In this document: one piece after another, positions 1 through 10,620 of the stretch
How the letters are laid out: each line of letters begins with the position of its first letter
Position numbering within the stretch: position 1 is the first letter of the stretch
Assembly (NCBI RefSeq): GCF_036321535.1
Contig: NC_087437.1
Location: 102,116,001 to 102,180,000, forward strand
From: Camelus dromedarius
Taxonomy: Eukaryota
Direction: 5' to 3'
DNA: 64,000 bases
The notes under the pieces: model-generated
What the model was told of the DNA's origin: nothing
The model's input: only the letters and a program-made list of their open reading frames with translations
Database searches by the model: none
Program-made: the position numbers and the translations under genes

Positions 1-59
1 TATATAACAAGTTAAATAATGACTCTGGATTCTGTGTCAAGATTATATTCTAGTAAAGC

Positions 60-520
60 AGAGTGAGAAACTAGAGACAACTGATATAGAGGGGTTAAAG
101 CAATCAAGGAGAGAAGATACGGTGTTTTCCCCAAGATGGTAGCTGTGGGTGTGTTGGTAAGTGGCCGGATTAAGAATACATGTTGAAGACTGAGAAAATA
201 GTATTTCCTGATGAATTCAACGAGGAGGGTAAGAAATAAGGAGATATTAGTATGTTGCTGTTTATTGTGTTTATTATTTTTTTTTTGGTTGCCATTAATT
301 TCAATTAGAAAGTTCTGGAGGGATTAAGCTTTCTCTCATGGATGAAATAACCAGTTCAACTTTAAACATGCTAAGTTAGAAAATTTTAAGTGGAGAGGTC
401 TGGTATATTTAAGTTTGACATTTAGAAAAGTTTGAATGAAAAATATAATTTACAAATTATTGTACACACAGAAGACTTAAAGCCAAGGGACTTAATGAGA
501 AAATTAAGAGTGCTTAGATA
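60..520 (-). mobile_element. L2 LINE fragment (old)
   Basis: Purine-rich stretch (gatggtagctgtggg...atgttgaagactgagaaaatagtatttcctgatgaatt) resembling antisense L2 consensus as remembered. Confidence 0.55.
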
Positions 521-1290
521 GTGCCTATATGAGGTTCTTGATCATGAATTTAAAGTTGGATCACTTAACCTAAGTAACAGACAGGAAGCTAGATTTGGAT
601 AGAGTTGTTGTAGTTCTGAGACAATATGAGTAAATGAGAGCATAGCAAAGTGTACACAAAGGACGCTTGTTTCTTGCTGTGTTCCATGTACTCTTGCCGT
701 CTCCCGTTCCCTCACTGTTGCTCAGCAGTACTGCCACCCTGTCTAAATCTAACTTTCTCCTTCTCACTGAAATTAATGCTGAAATTAGCTTGCCTCTCAG
801 GTCTGGGGCTTCTGATTTTTTGAGGGAATTTTTTTGGGGGATCTCATTTTATCTTTAATATGATACACTAATATAAAGCTAAATAAAAATAAAATGTGTA
901 TCTCTTCTTTTTTAGGTGATTAATCAAGTCCCTAGGCAAACCTAAGAACAAAACAAACAAATGAAAAACATAAATAAAAGTTTAACTCTTAATAAAAAGC
1001 TAGATCATTTTCTTAAATACTTAAGCAAAAGCTTTCTGCAAACATTTCATAACTTACACTAAATGGGAATGGAAAAAAGACCATTAATTTTGTGTATGTG
1101 TTTTTCTGCTTTGTTTCTAGCTAAAGAAGCTACCCTGTTCAAGATCATTTCTTTAGAAGATTTTTTTTTAAATAAAAGTAGTGACACTAAAAATCCACCA
1201 CAGTTTTCCTTTGAGATGTAAAGCCTATCTTTTTAAAAAAGCTCACTATACTGTATTTTCAGCTTCACATTGTACCTACATATCGTTATT

Positions 1291-1540
1291 GAGGAACCTC
1301 TGAACTCTTTTCTGTAGGGACTGCACCAATTTACATTCCCACTAACAGTGTATAAGTAGTCCCTTTTCTTCTCATTCTCTACAACATTTCTTATTTGTAG
1401 ACTTTTTGATGACAGCCATTCTGATAGGTGTGAGGTGATACCTCATTGTAGTTTTAATTTGCATTTCTCAAATGATTAGCAATGTTGAGCATCTTTTCAT
1501 ATGCCTGTTAGCCATCTGTATGTCTCCTTTGAAAAATGTC
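1291..1540 (-). mobile_element. L1 ORF2 3' part; inverted 5' segment of a twin-primed L1
   Basis: gaggaacctc...ctgcaccaatttacattccc...gacagccattctgataggtgtgaggtgatacctcattg is antisense L1 ORF2 C-terminal sequence. Confidence 0.93.
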
Positions 1541-2192
1541 AAAGAACGAAAATATAACTACCATATGCTCTAGGAATTCCACTCCTGGGTACATATGCAA
1601 AAAAAATCCAGAACCACTAATTCGAAAAGATACATGCACTTCCATGTTCGTAGCAGTGTTATTTACAAAAGCCAAGATATAGAAGCAACCTAATTGCCCA
1701 TAAACAGATAAATGCATAAAGAAAATGTGGTAAATATATACAATGGAATATTACTCAGTCACAAAAAATGAAATTCTGCCATTTGCAACTAAGTGGATGG
1801 ACTGAGAGAATATATGCTTAATGAAATAAGTCAGAGAAAAATAAATAATGTATATTATCATTTTATGTAGAATCTAAAAAATAAAACAAACAAATGTATA
1901 TAACAAAACAGAGACAGACTCACAGATACAGAAAAAAAAAAAAAAAAAAAAACTAACGGTTACCAGAGGGAAAAGTGAAGAGGGGAGGGGCAAAATAGGG
2001 GTATGGGATTAAGGGATACAAACTACTATGTATAAAATAGAGAAGCAACAGGGATGTGTTGTACAGCAGAGGGAAATATAGCCATTATTTTCTAATAAAT
2101 TTAAATGGAGTATAATCTATTAAAATACTGAATCACTATGTTGTACACATGAAACTAATGTAGTATTGTAAATCAACTATACTTCAATTAAA
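1541..2192 (+). mobile_element. L1 ORF2 end and 3'UTR (sense part of the same insertion)
   Basis: ataactaccatatg...aattccactcctgggt...aaagatacatgcac..., ending tgtaaatcaactatacttcaattaaaa. TSD atatcgttatt (1280-1290) / atattgttatt (2193-2203). Confidence 0.95.
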
Positions 2193-2904
2193 ATATTGTT
2201 ATTGGTAATATTTTATTAGTAAAATTTCATTAAAGTTTTGTTTTTTTCTTATAAAATTATAATCGCATGACTCTTTCTCATATAAATCTTAGAATATCCT
2301 AAGAGTCTGCAAAATGGGGACACTGCCACAGAATTTAAAATATTTAAGTACCTCTGTTCATTTCATGCACACACAATTTCCTCTTCTCTGATTTCCCAGT
2401 AGTACTACTGCTACCACTTGATTCAGAGTTTTGTATTAAAATTGTGTATCCATTGGGCTTAAATCCCAGGCACCATGTCCTTCACATATTTGAACCATAT
2501 TTTTTATACACTATTGCTTGTGTTAATTCTTAATAAATCTCTCAATAATCTTAATTAAGAAACAAGGAAATACTGACATTAACATATGATGCCATTGTAA
2601 GATATCCTAATGACCCCAGCATTTCCTGAACATGTCCTGGAAATAGAATTTCTCCTACTTGTGTTACTAATCCTCTGTTCTGATAGTTTGCCAGAGGTCA
2701 TCAGAGATAACCACCCATTCACATATAGCCGGACTGCCAATTTCCTGTTATTCTTGGTATGGGCAATGCTTCTTTTTTTTTAATATGTTAAGCAAATATA
2801 TTATAAATGGAAATCCTGTAGAAAATAGACTATTTTGAGGTTGGCATGTGTGATGTATGTGAAAACATGTCAAAATATGGTATTGATTGGGATTGGGTGT
2901 GATT

Positions 2905-3045
2905 GGCCTTATTGATGACAATATTCTGGATCTTGATCTGGGTGGTAGCTACAGTAACATTATGTTCTTATATTTATAAAATTTATCAAACTAAACATAA
3001 GATTTGTGCACATTATTGATTTTTGTATCTTGTTGAAAATAATAC
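2905..3045 (+). mobile_element. Old L1M (MC/ME-type) 3' end fragment
   Basis: atattctggatcttgatctgggtggtagctacag...aagatttgtgcacatt matches old L1M 3' tails. Confidence 0.65.
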
Positions 3046-3214
3046 TTAAGCATAAACTAAACAACAACAATAAAACTGTGATCCAGTTACCTTTGCAAAT
3101 GTTCCCTTCAGTAAACTGGGAGGTAGCATAAACATAACATTCAGTGGGGCCCAGGCTTTGTTGTTGCTGCTTTTCTCAGACCTGTTTGAGACCGAGTTCT
3201 GTGGCGTGCTCCTG

Positions 3215-3385
3215 GTGTAGCTTTGAGAAAGGTAATTAATCTCTGAGTTATGCTTTCTCATCTATAAGCTAAGAATAATGAAGTTTCCTACCTCATAGGG
3301 TTGTTGTAATATTTAAACAGATGACGTAGAGCATTTATAGTGTATGTGACATGGAAAGAGTGCAGTGAAATCTAGTTGCTATCTC
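3215..3385 (+). mobile_element. MIR SINE
   Basis: tttctcatctataag...ctacctcatagggttgttgtaatatttaaa is the MIR core and tail. Confidence 0.8.
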
Positions 3386-4834
3386 TGCCTTCAGATTTAA
3401 GATAAGAACACTAGGTCTGACTGAAAACTGTCATCCCTTTAAACATCTAAATGACAGTTATTTAAAATTAATTGAGGTATTCTGACTCATGGAGTAAATT
3501 CTCTCAATAAAATAGATGTATTAGCATAGAATCATCATCACCAATGTAATTGACATAATTTAAAATAACACCTAAAAGCATTAATCTTCTTGAAGTCAAT
3601 TTCATAATAATGAAAAGCTGCCAAGACCCATATTTTATTTCACCTTTATCAAATTTCCAATCTTTTCAATGTTTTTTGCGTCACTCAAAATGACAGAGTT
3701 TGAGTTCTACTTTGTCAGGATGGAGCACAGGGCATAGTCTCTGCCATTAAGGGAAACTAACAGTAAAAAGAATCAATGCAGCCTTAGCACTTCATTATTT
3801 TCCACGGAAAATTCCATTCCTCGGGGACTTTGGGTTATACAACATATGAAAATACACTCTGTAACAAAATTTAATGAATAATTGTTTAAAATGTATTAAA
3901 TCCTTTCACACTTACGATGAAAAATGAGATAAAGAAGCATGATTTTCCAAGCTGAAGAATATCTCCCTATTTATTTAATGTTGCTCTCCAAGCAAGAGAA
4001 GTAAGATACCGCAAACTGAAATAATTTGAAAAAGCTCTTAGGTACTTGTTAAAAAAATAAAAAACGAAAAGCAAAAAACTTACATTTTCAGTATACTGAA
4101 AAAATTATATCAAATCCATAACACTTTTTTCTAAATAGTCTAAAAACAAACTCAAAACATTTTTGCTATCCTTGATAATTTCAAATATTAAAAGAATAAG
4201 AACTTCAGCTTAACAATATAGTAGTGATTATGTGACTTCTTTTTGTAAAAGAACTTTAAGGTGGATATGAATCACATAATGTTCAAAACGTTTCTCTCAT
4301 AACAGGAGTAGTCTTGTTTTTCAAATGCAGAAGGGGAAAAAAAGATATTGTTTAGAAAAATCACGGCATAAGTATACAGTAGGCAAAGCCAGTATTTAGC
4401 AACTGGTGCTCACGTGCACCATCTTTTTCCTGTGGTAGGAGGTTCCTACTTTCACTGAGCTGTTACATATTTCCACCACTAAACCATGCTCTTCCAAAAA
4501 GAATATGATGAATTCATAACTATGTCTATCTATGTTTAGAATGAAGTGCCTTTTTTCCCTTAAAGAAATTTTGTATGTAATGGAGAAAAGTTGACTTACT
4601 AATTTCCAAGAATCTGCAAGTGTATTAGGAGTCATCTCTGTTTTGTTGTAAATTTATTTTAAGATTGATGGCCTTCCCAGCATTTCCAGAATCATAATTA
4701 AGTAAAAAGTATCTATTATTTTGACTACACTTATGTTTATGTATCAACATAGAAAGCATCACTGATACATTTACAAGTAAAGGTGTAAAGTTTGAATAGT
4801 AGGCATCACTATGCACTTATTAAGTAAGGGTGGC

Positions 4835-5177
4835 TGTATCAGCTAAGTTACAAGTTCTGCTACTATAAAAAATGTCCTTAAAATCTTTAGTCACTCCAAT
4901 GAAGTTTTATTCCTCGCTCATGATCTTGTCAGTTATAGATTGGCTATAGATCTGCTCCATGTCATTCACATTCCAGAATGCAGATGACAGGGCAGTGTCT
5001 CTCTGGACAGCTTACAAATAGAAAAGAGAGATGGAGAATCACATGCTGGTGTTAAAGCTGTTACATGTCATATGGGTCTCCCAAGCTCACTATGATGGAT
5101 GAATGCAATCCCCCCACAGAGTGGGCCATGAGACGAAGGAAATAAAAATATTTGGGGTCAATATTACATCTACCACA
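4835..5177 (-). mobile_element. MLT1 (MaLR) solo LTR, old subfamily
   Basis: Starts tgtatcag, ends ctaccaca; internal aagttttattcctcgctcatg...ctgctccatgtcattcac typical of antisense MLT1. Confidence 0.7.
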
Positions 5178-5194
5178 GTACTTTGGCAATCATT

Positions 5195-5290
5195 TTACTT
5201 TAAAACATTTAGTTTACAAATAAGGAAATGAATCAAGAAGAACACAAGAAACTTGTCCAATAACACAACTATTTAATGATGGTGTCTGTC
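5195..5290 (-). mobile_element. MIR fragment
   Basis: tttacaaataaggaaatgaa...aacttgtccaataacacaacta. Confidence 0.55.
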
Positions 5291-6094
5291 CTAACATACA
5301 CATGTAATCATGCTCTTCTTCAAGATAAGGAAACAAAAACATAAATGTTATTAGAAATTCTCACATTTTTGTGACAGAGGGAAGAGGGAAAACTGGAATA
5401 AACCAGATGGCACAAAATGTGCTATTATTAAATAAATTATTGCTAGCAATATATTTACCTTGGGTTTATTTATATTTAGTGAATTGCCTCTATTTATTTT
5501 CATGTCTGAAATAATTATTCCCTTGAGAAGAATAAATTCTAATGGAAAATAAATAATATTTTGTGGGAAGCCATATGTTCATATGCAAAGTAATGCTAGA
5601 AACTTTTTCTAGAAATCTTTAACCCTTCAATCTCTCTAAACCTTATACCTCCTCCTAAGGCAGGCATATTTTTTGAGCTTCTCTATTTTTTTCCAAACCA
5701 TAATGAATTATTATAATTATTCATATTGTTATTTAACACTTTTGTTTGTTTTCTTCCATGTGTTCACAATAGCTAGATTTCATATGCCTGTAATGACAAG
5801 ACCATAGTTCCATTCAGCCCTGAGCATAAAAAGCAAATAATACATATTCTATAAATAACTACTGAGTTGTTAAAATTGTATATTCTGTCTTAAAACACAA
5901 ATCATTTCATACCATGTTTAGCTGGAAACACTGATTAGCTCAGTAGAAGAAAATAATAAAAATTATCACTCTCAAAACTACTCAATTTTTAAAATAAATT
6001 TTGATATAAATTGTTTGAAGTTTTTAGAAACATTGAATTAACAGAAAAAAAGTAAAATTTTTATGGTGTATCATGAGTTGTTGAAGGTTCATTT

Positions 6095-6235
6095 GCAATG
6101 GGCTTAGAAACATGACTTTGACTCAGTTCTGCATAATTTAACTGTATGAACTGGGTGAGGCCTTTAATGCTCTTGTTTTAGTTTCCTCATTGATATAATG
6201 AAGAAATTAAACTACATTACTTCCACAATTAGTTT
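6095..6235 (+). mobile_element. MIR/MIR3 fragment
   Basis: aactgtatgaactgggtgag...agtttcctcattgatataatgaagaaattaaactac. Confidence 0.6.
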
Positions 6236-7099
6236 TATCTCACATATATATATAATCTATGCCTGGACATCTAAGTAGAATCTTATCCTTTCTGGGGAAA
6301 AAAAAGAACATACTTTGCTTAAAATCTAAAGCCATATATTTCTTGATCTCCTATAAGGTATAGGAATGGCCTTTTTTATTATTTCAAAATTATGAAATTA
6401 AAATACCAGCACATATTTTATTCTCGCTATGCAAGCAGTACCACTGTAATTGTGTTTTACAGTGAAAACTAAATACAAAATTAAAAATAACATATTATAA
6501 TCTAATATGATGATGAGCAGTGCTTTTATGAGTGCTTATCTTAACTGCATTCTATTTTATACTATAATATTATGAGCTACCCATTATAAACACATAGTGA
6601 AATATCCTGTGATAAGGAATAGTCTTGATATATAGTTTACAAATATATATTTAAATCAGGAAGTAACAGGCTAGAATTGTAGGAAAGTGAAATTGATTAA
6701 ATTATTTTAAATTATGCACATGTCATATAATAAGCACTTTCACACATATTTCCTTATTTAACCAGACCGTTTATTCAGCACATTACAGCACCACAAACAA
6801 CCCTACTGTACTTGCTCCTTCTTTCTTTCAAGAGAAATACTTTTCACAGCCTTTTTCACAAGCAATGGCAAGATCAGTCCAATAACAAGCTTATGGTCAG
6901 TACTCAGTTCATAATGAACAACTCAGGTTGCATGTTCATCCTATTTTCATTTTCTACTAGATCCCAAGATCATCCTAGGTACTCTTTCTCGAAAAGAGTA
7001 ATAGTTATCTATAGAAGAAGGCAAGCCCTAGGGTTTTTTAAAGTCAAATCACTCATAAAATTCTTTAGGACTCAGTAGAGCATTTCTGTTTGTTACAAA

Positions 7100-7890
7100 T
7101 CCTTTGTGGTTTTTGTTCATCTGTTTTATACCTTACAAGGTTAAGGTAGCTCCCTGTAGCTTCTGGACCCACTGCAGAGCTTCCCTTGCTCTAGGTCGTA
7201 CTCAAGATAGCAGCCTTCCTGGTCACCCAGGAAATGTGCTGGAGTAGTTCAGTCGAACGTGGGATGTTGCCTCCAAAATCCAAAAAGGCCCACTGAGTGC
7301 CATGTTTCTATATTAATGACAGGCAATGCAAAGTGCAGCAATTCTTCCTGGGCTTTAGAGGTGATATCCTGACATGCTCTTGACCATAGGACCACTAGCA
7401 ACTTTTACTAAGAGCCTGGGTCCCTGAAATTCTCGTGTGATTTCTCTTTCAACCTCTAACATAACATGTGTTACCAAAGCTCTAAGTTACTTTTTTATCT
7501 TTTCTCTCATCAGGTCCAGGGTCAATAAAGTAGTAACAAAGTGTGATATTCTGCAGGATACCAAGAAGATCAAACTTTGAGCAGGCTAGCCTATGGCAGA
7601 CTGCAGAATTGATGTAACACTGAGGTGTGAAATTGAAGGAATACTGTTGTCTGCCCGTAAGAGTCAACTGTTTATGGTCATTCTTCCAAGTCACTATAGA
7701 GATCAAAGCATTTGCTAAATCAAGAGCCACAAGGTTTTGTTGACTTGCTTCAGAGCGTATACCACACTTGGAACAGCAGCTTAATCTGGAGTCACTTAAC
7801 CTTCTGACTATGAAAACCCACAATCAATCTCCAAGGTTCATCTGCTTACTTTATAGGTGAGGTAATTGGAGATGGGGTAGAATTCACCAA
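7100..7890 (-). mobile_element. ERVL (class III ERV) pol relic, reverse transcriptase
   Basis: Minus-strand peptides ALDLANALISI, QQYSFNFTPQCYINSAVCH, QNITLCYYFID, VGLFGFWRQH (7264-7293) and VTRKAA parallel HERV-L RT (AIDLANAFFSI, QQYTFTVLPQGYINSPALCH, LVHYIDD, GLFGFWRQHI, VTRKAA). Frameshifted; YxDD not intact. Confidence 0.9.
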
Positions 7891-9420
7891 ATTTTAACAA
7901 TAGCTTACAATTCCTGGCACGTATTTGGTGATAAATAAATATAATATTCTCTTTTATTCATTTTATATCTAGTTGCCTGTGTGCTTTTTTAATAAAGAAG
8001 TGATGGTAAGCTCGATAGGACCTAATTGGCATTTGATAAAGAGATGTGTCACCATTGTCCTAAAGTAATTTAAGGATTTTCTTCAACCTAAACCTCTATA
8101 CAATAGAGACATAAAAAGAAATATGCTATTGTTATACCATCATACATATATATATTTTAATTCTAAACCTAATCCTAACTGTAGGATTTCATGTACTACA
8201 TAGTTTTTCCCTGTGGATTAAAAAAAACTACTCTCACTCCATCTGAATCTTCCTTTATTTCTTTTTTAAAAAGCCTTAAATAGTACCTTGTTCCATCTCC
8301 CATTTAGTGAAGGAATGCATTATACAATACTGTGCAAAACGTGTAGGAATCTGTGATAGGAAAAGCCATTCATCTATTGGAGATCTCTATAATATATTTT
8401 TGTTTTGTTTTGTTGTTTCTGTTACAGTAATTAGATGTCAAACTCCTAACAACTTCTTGGATTCTCAAGTTGGAAACACTTATATTGAAACCAAAAGTTC
8501 TTAGGTGTAAAACCAAGTTTCTGACATTTTAGGAGTGTGCAAACTTGGATAAGATATTTATTTTTTCTAAAATTTATTTTCTTCATCCGTAAAGTGATTA
8601 TAAGACAAAGAGTACAGATACTAATAAAGGGGGTCTTAGATTGACAATATAACTCATAGGCCCAGTGAACTTCACTCTGGACCAAATTTACCTACTTTTA
8701 AGAAACGATACATGACAAGTGACACATTGTGTCCAATCACAGCCTAGCTTAGGTATTTTAATATCAGATACGGCTTCTAGTTCTAACCATTCCACTGAGT
8801 GAGTATGGACCAATTCAACTCAAATTAAGTCTTTACTTTGGGATCTATTCAGCTTATACCTTTCTAGTCACATAGCATTCTCAGGAGTATGTAACTAACT
8901 CTCATTTTTTTGATGTTTATCATTGATTATAGGTTAGATAGATAAATTATAACAATTACTAACATTGATTATACTAATCACAGTTTACATAATATAATAT
9001 TTCTAGAACCAAGTACAGTATGCTTGAATAACTGCTCAGTATTTAGCAAATCTAGCAGATACCTTATTTATTTTGGATAATTATACATTCTTTGACTTAG
9101 TCACACAAAGAGTTAGTCAAAGAGTCAAATCTTCATATATCCCTGATGCTGGGGAAGTGATTACTCTCAAATTACTCATCCATTTAATCAAATATGTGTC
9201 AAACCAACCACAATACTTTTTCACATGCATTTCCTGGATGTTTCTTTTTATAATTTTAATTGCAACCGTATCTATACCATTATTTGATGCACAAAAATAT
9301 AGACATGGTAAAACGCCAAAGATCATCAGATCATTTCCTCCACCTTCCCAACAAAAAATATCATTTCCTTACATATTATATATTTTCTATCACTAGGTAG
9401 GGTGCTAAAGGTCAAGGCAT

Positions 9421-9421
<1 letters not shown>

Positions 9422-9472
<51 letters not shown>
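9422..9472. repeat. (CA)n microsatellite
   Basis: Uninterrupted run of about 25 CA units. Confidence 0.98.
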
Positions 9473-9476
<4 letters not shown>

Positions 9477-9559
9477 CCCCAAAACACTGAACTCAATCTA
9501 GTGAAAGGCCTAACCTTATCCAGCAACTAAATAACAAGTTTTTACCAATACAGGCTTCC

Positions 9560-10620
9560 TAGTATCATGTTGGATCATAAGGCCATTTCTCTCCCATGAG
9601 CATAACACAATGATGATACCTAATTTCTCTCATCCTTACTAATTGAGCTATGTAGTATACATGTTAATTTTAACTTGTGGCATTTTGAGTCGGTTACTGT
9701 AAGATCAAACATCACAGTTTAGACTGGTCATAATGTACCCATAGATGTAAGCCTCCAGCACACCTAGTCATTGACCATTTAACTACATCAATTTCCATTG
9801 CAAACAATGTCCCAATGGGTTCTTCGTGAGTCCCCTGACCTCCTGTAGAGGTATGGGCTAGCAGGGTGCTCTACCAGTTTAGCAATATACATATTCCATT
9901 TTCACATTGCTTTATCATTATCTATGCCAATTTCTGAGTGTGGTCAGTATTCTAGAAGAATGAACAGTCACTCCAGTGTCCCAGATTAGGTTAATTTTTT
10001 TCTCTCTCTCTCTTATTATCTGACATGAGGCTTAAGGAAAACCAACAGTCCAAATGGGTCCAAAGTGCCCTTTTGCACTCTCAATTGGTCAAATAGGCAT
10101 CTATTCAGCTTATATCAAATGCTGTTGCCGCCAATACTTTTAGTTTGTGCAATTCAAGAAAATTGTAAACACATTTAGAAGTAGTCTATCCTCTGGATAG
10201 TTTAGGTTCAGCATATTGAACTCCTAAATACACTTCCCTGTGAATATGGTACAAGGCTTGCCATATATATACATCTTCCTAGCTGTGAATCATAAGTGAT
10301 GTGAGCCCACTGTATCATGTCAGTATTCACCTTCTGTATCATTCTGATTACAAAAACTTCTGCTTACATGGTGTTCTATCCACTGTCAAGTTTGCTGTAG
10401 TCACAGCAGCCAAGTAGACTCTGACATACCAATGTGTCTACTTTTATCCCAGGGGTCATCTTGGAACAGCATCAGAGTGATTCAGGCTTTCATTGCCAAC
10501 TACTAGTCACATACATGCAAAGTACCCAAGAAGAATCCTTGTGTAAATTTTAAAGTTCATTTCAGCATGATCCATGATTCAGAATGACAACAGTGAGAAA
10601 CAGCTCAAGGTTTCATTCTC
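9560..10620 (-). mobile_element. Second, highly decayed ERVL-like pol relic (RT thumb to tether)
   Basis: Colinear minus-strand motifs VYLGVQ (10216-10233), YWRQ (10125-10136), KWNMYI (about 9884-9901) and HEE (about 9820-9828), in the order of ERVL FLGVQW..FWRQHI..KWKWYI..LHEE. Confidence 0.5.

Noticed and set aside
7482..7823. Domesticated retroviral gene
   Set aside because: No ATG start, frameshifts on both sides and no intact YxDD.
9326..9526. ORFs with CV or TH repeats (also 32332-32649)
   Set aside because: Translations of (CA)n/(TG)n microsatellites.
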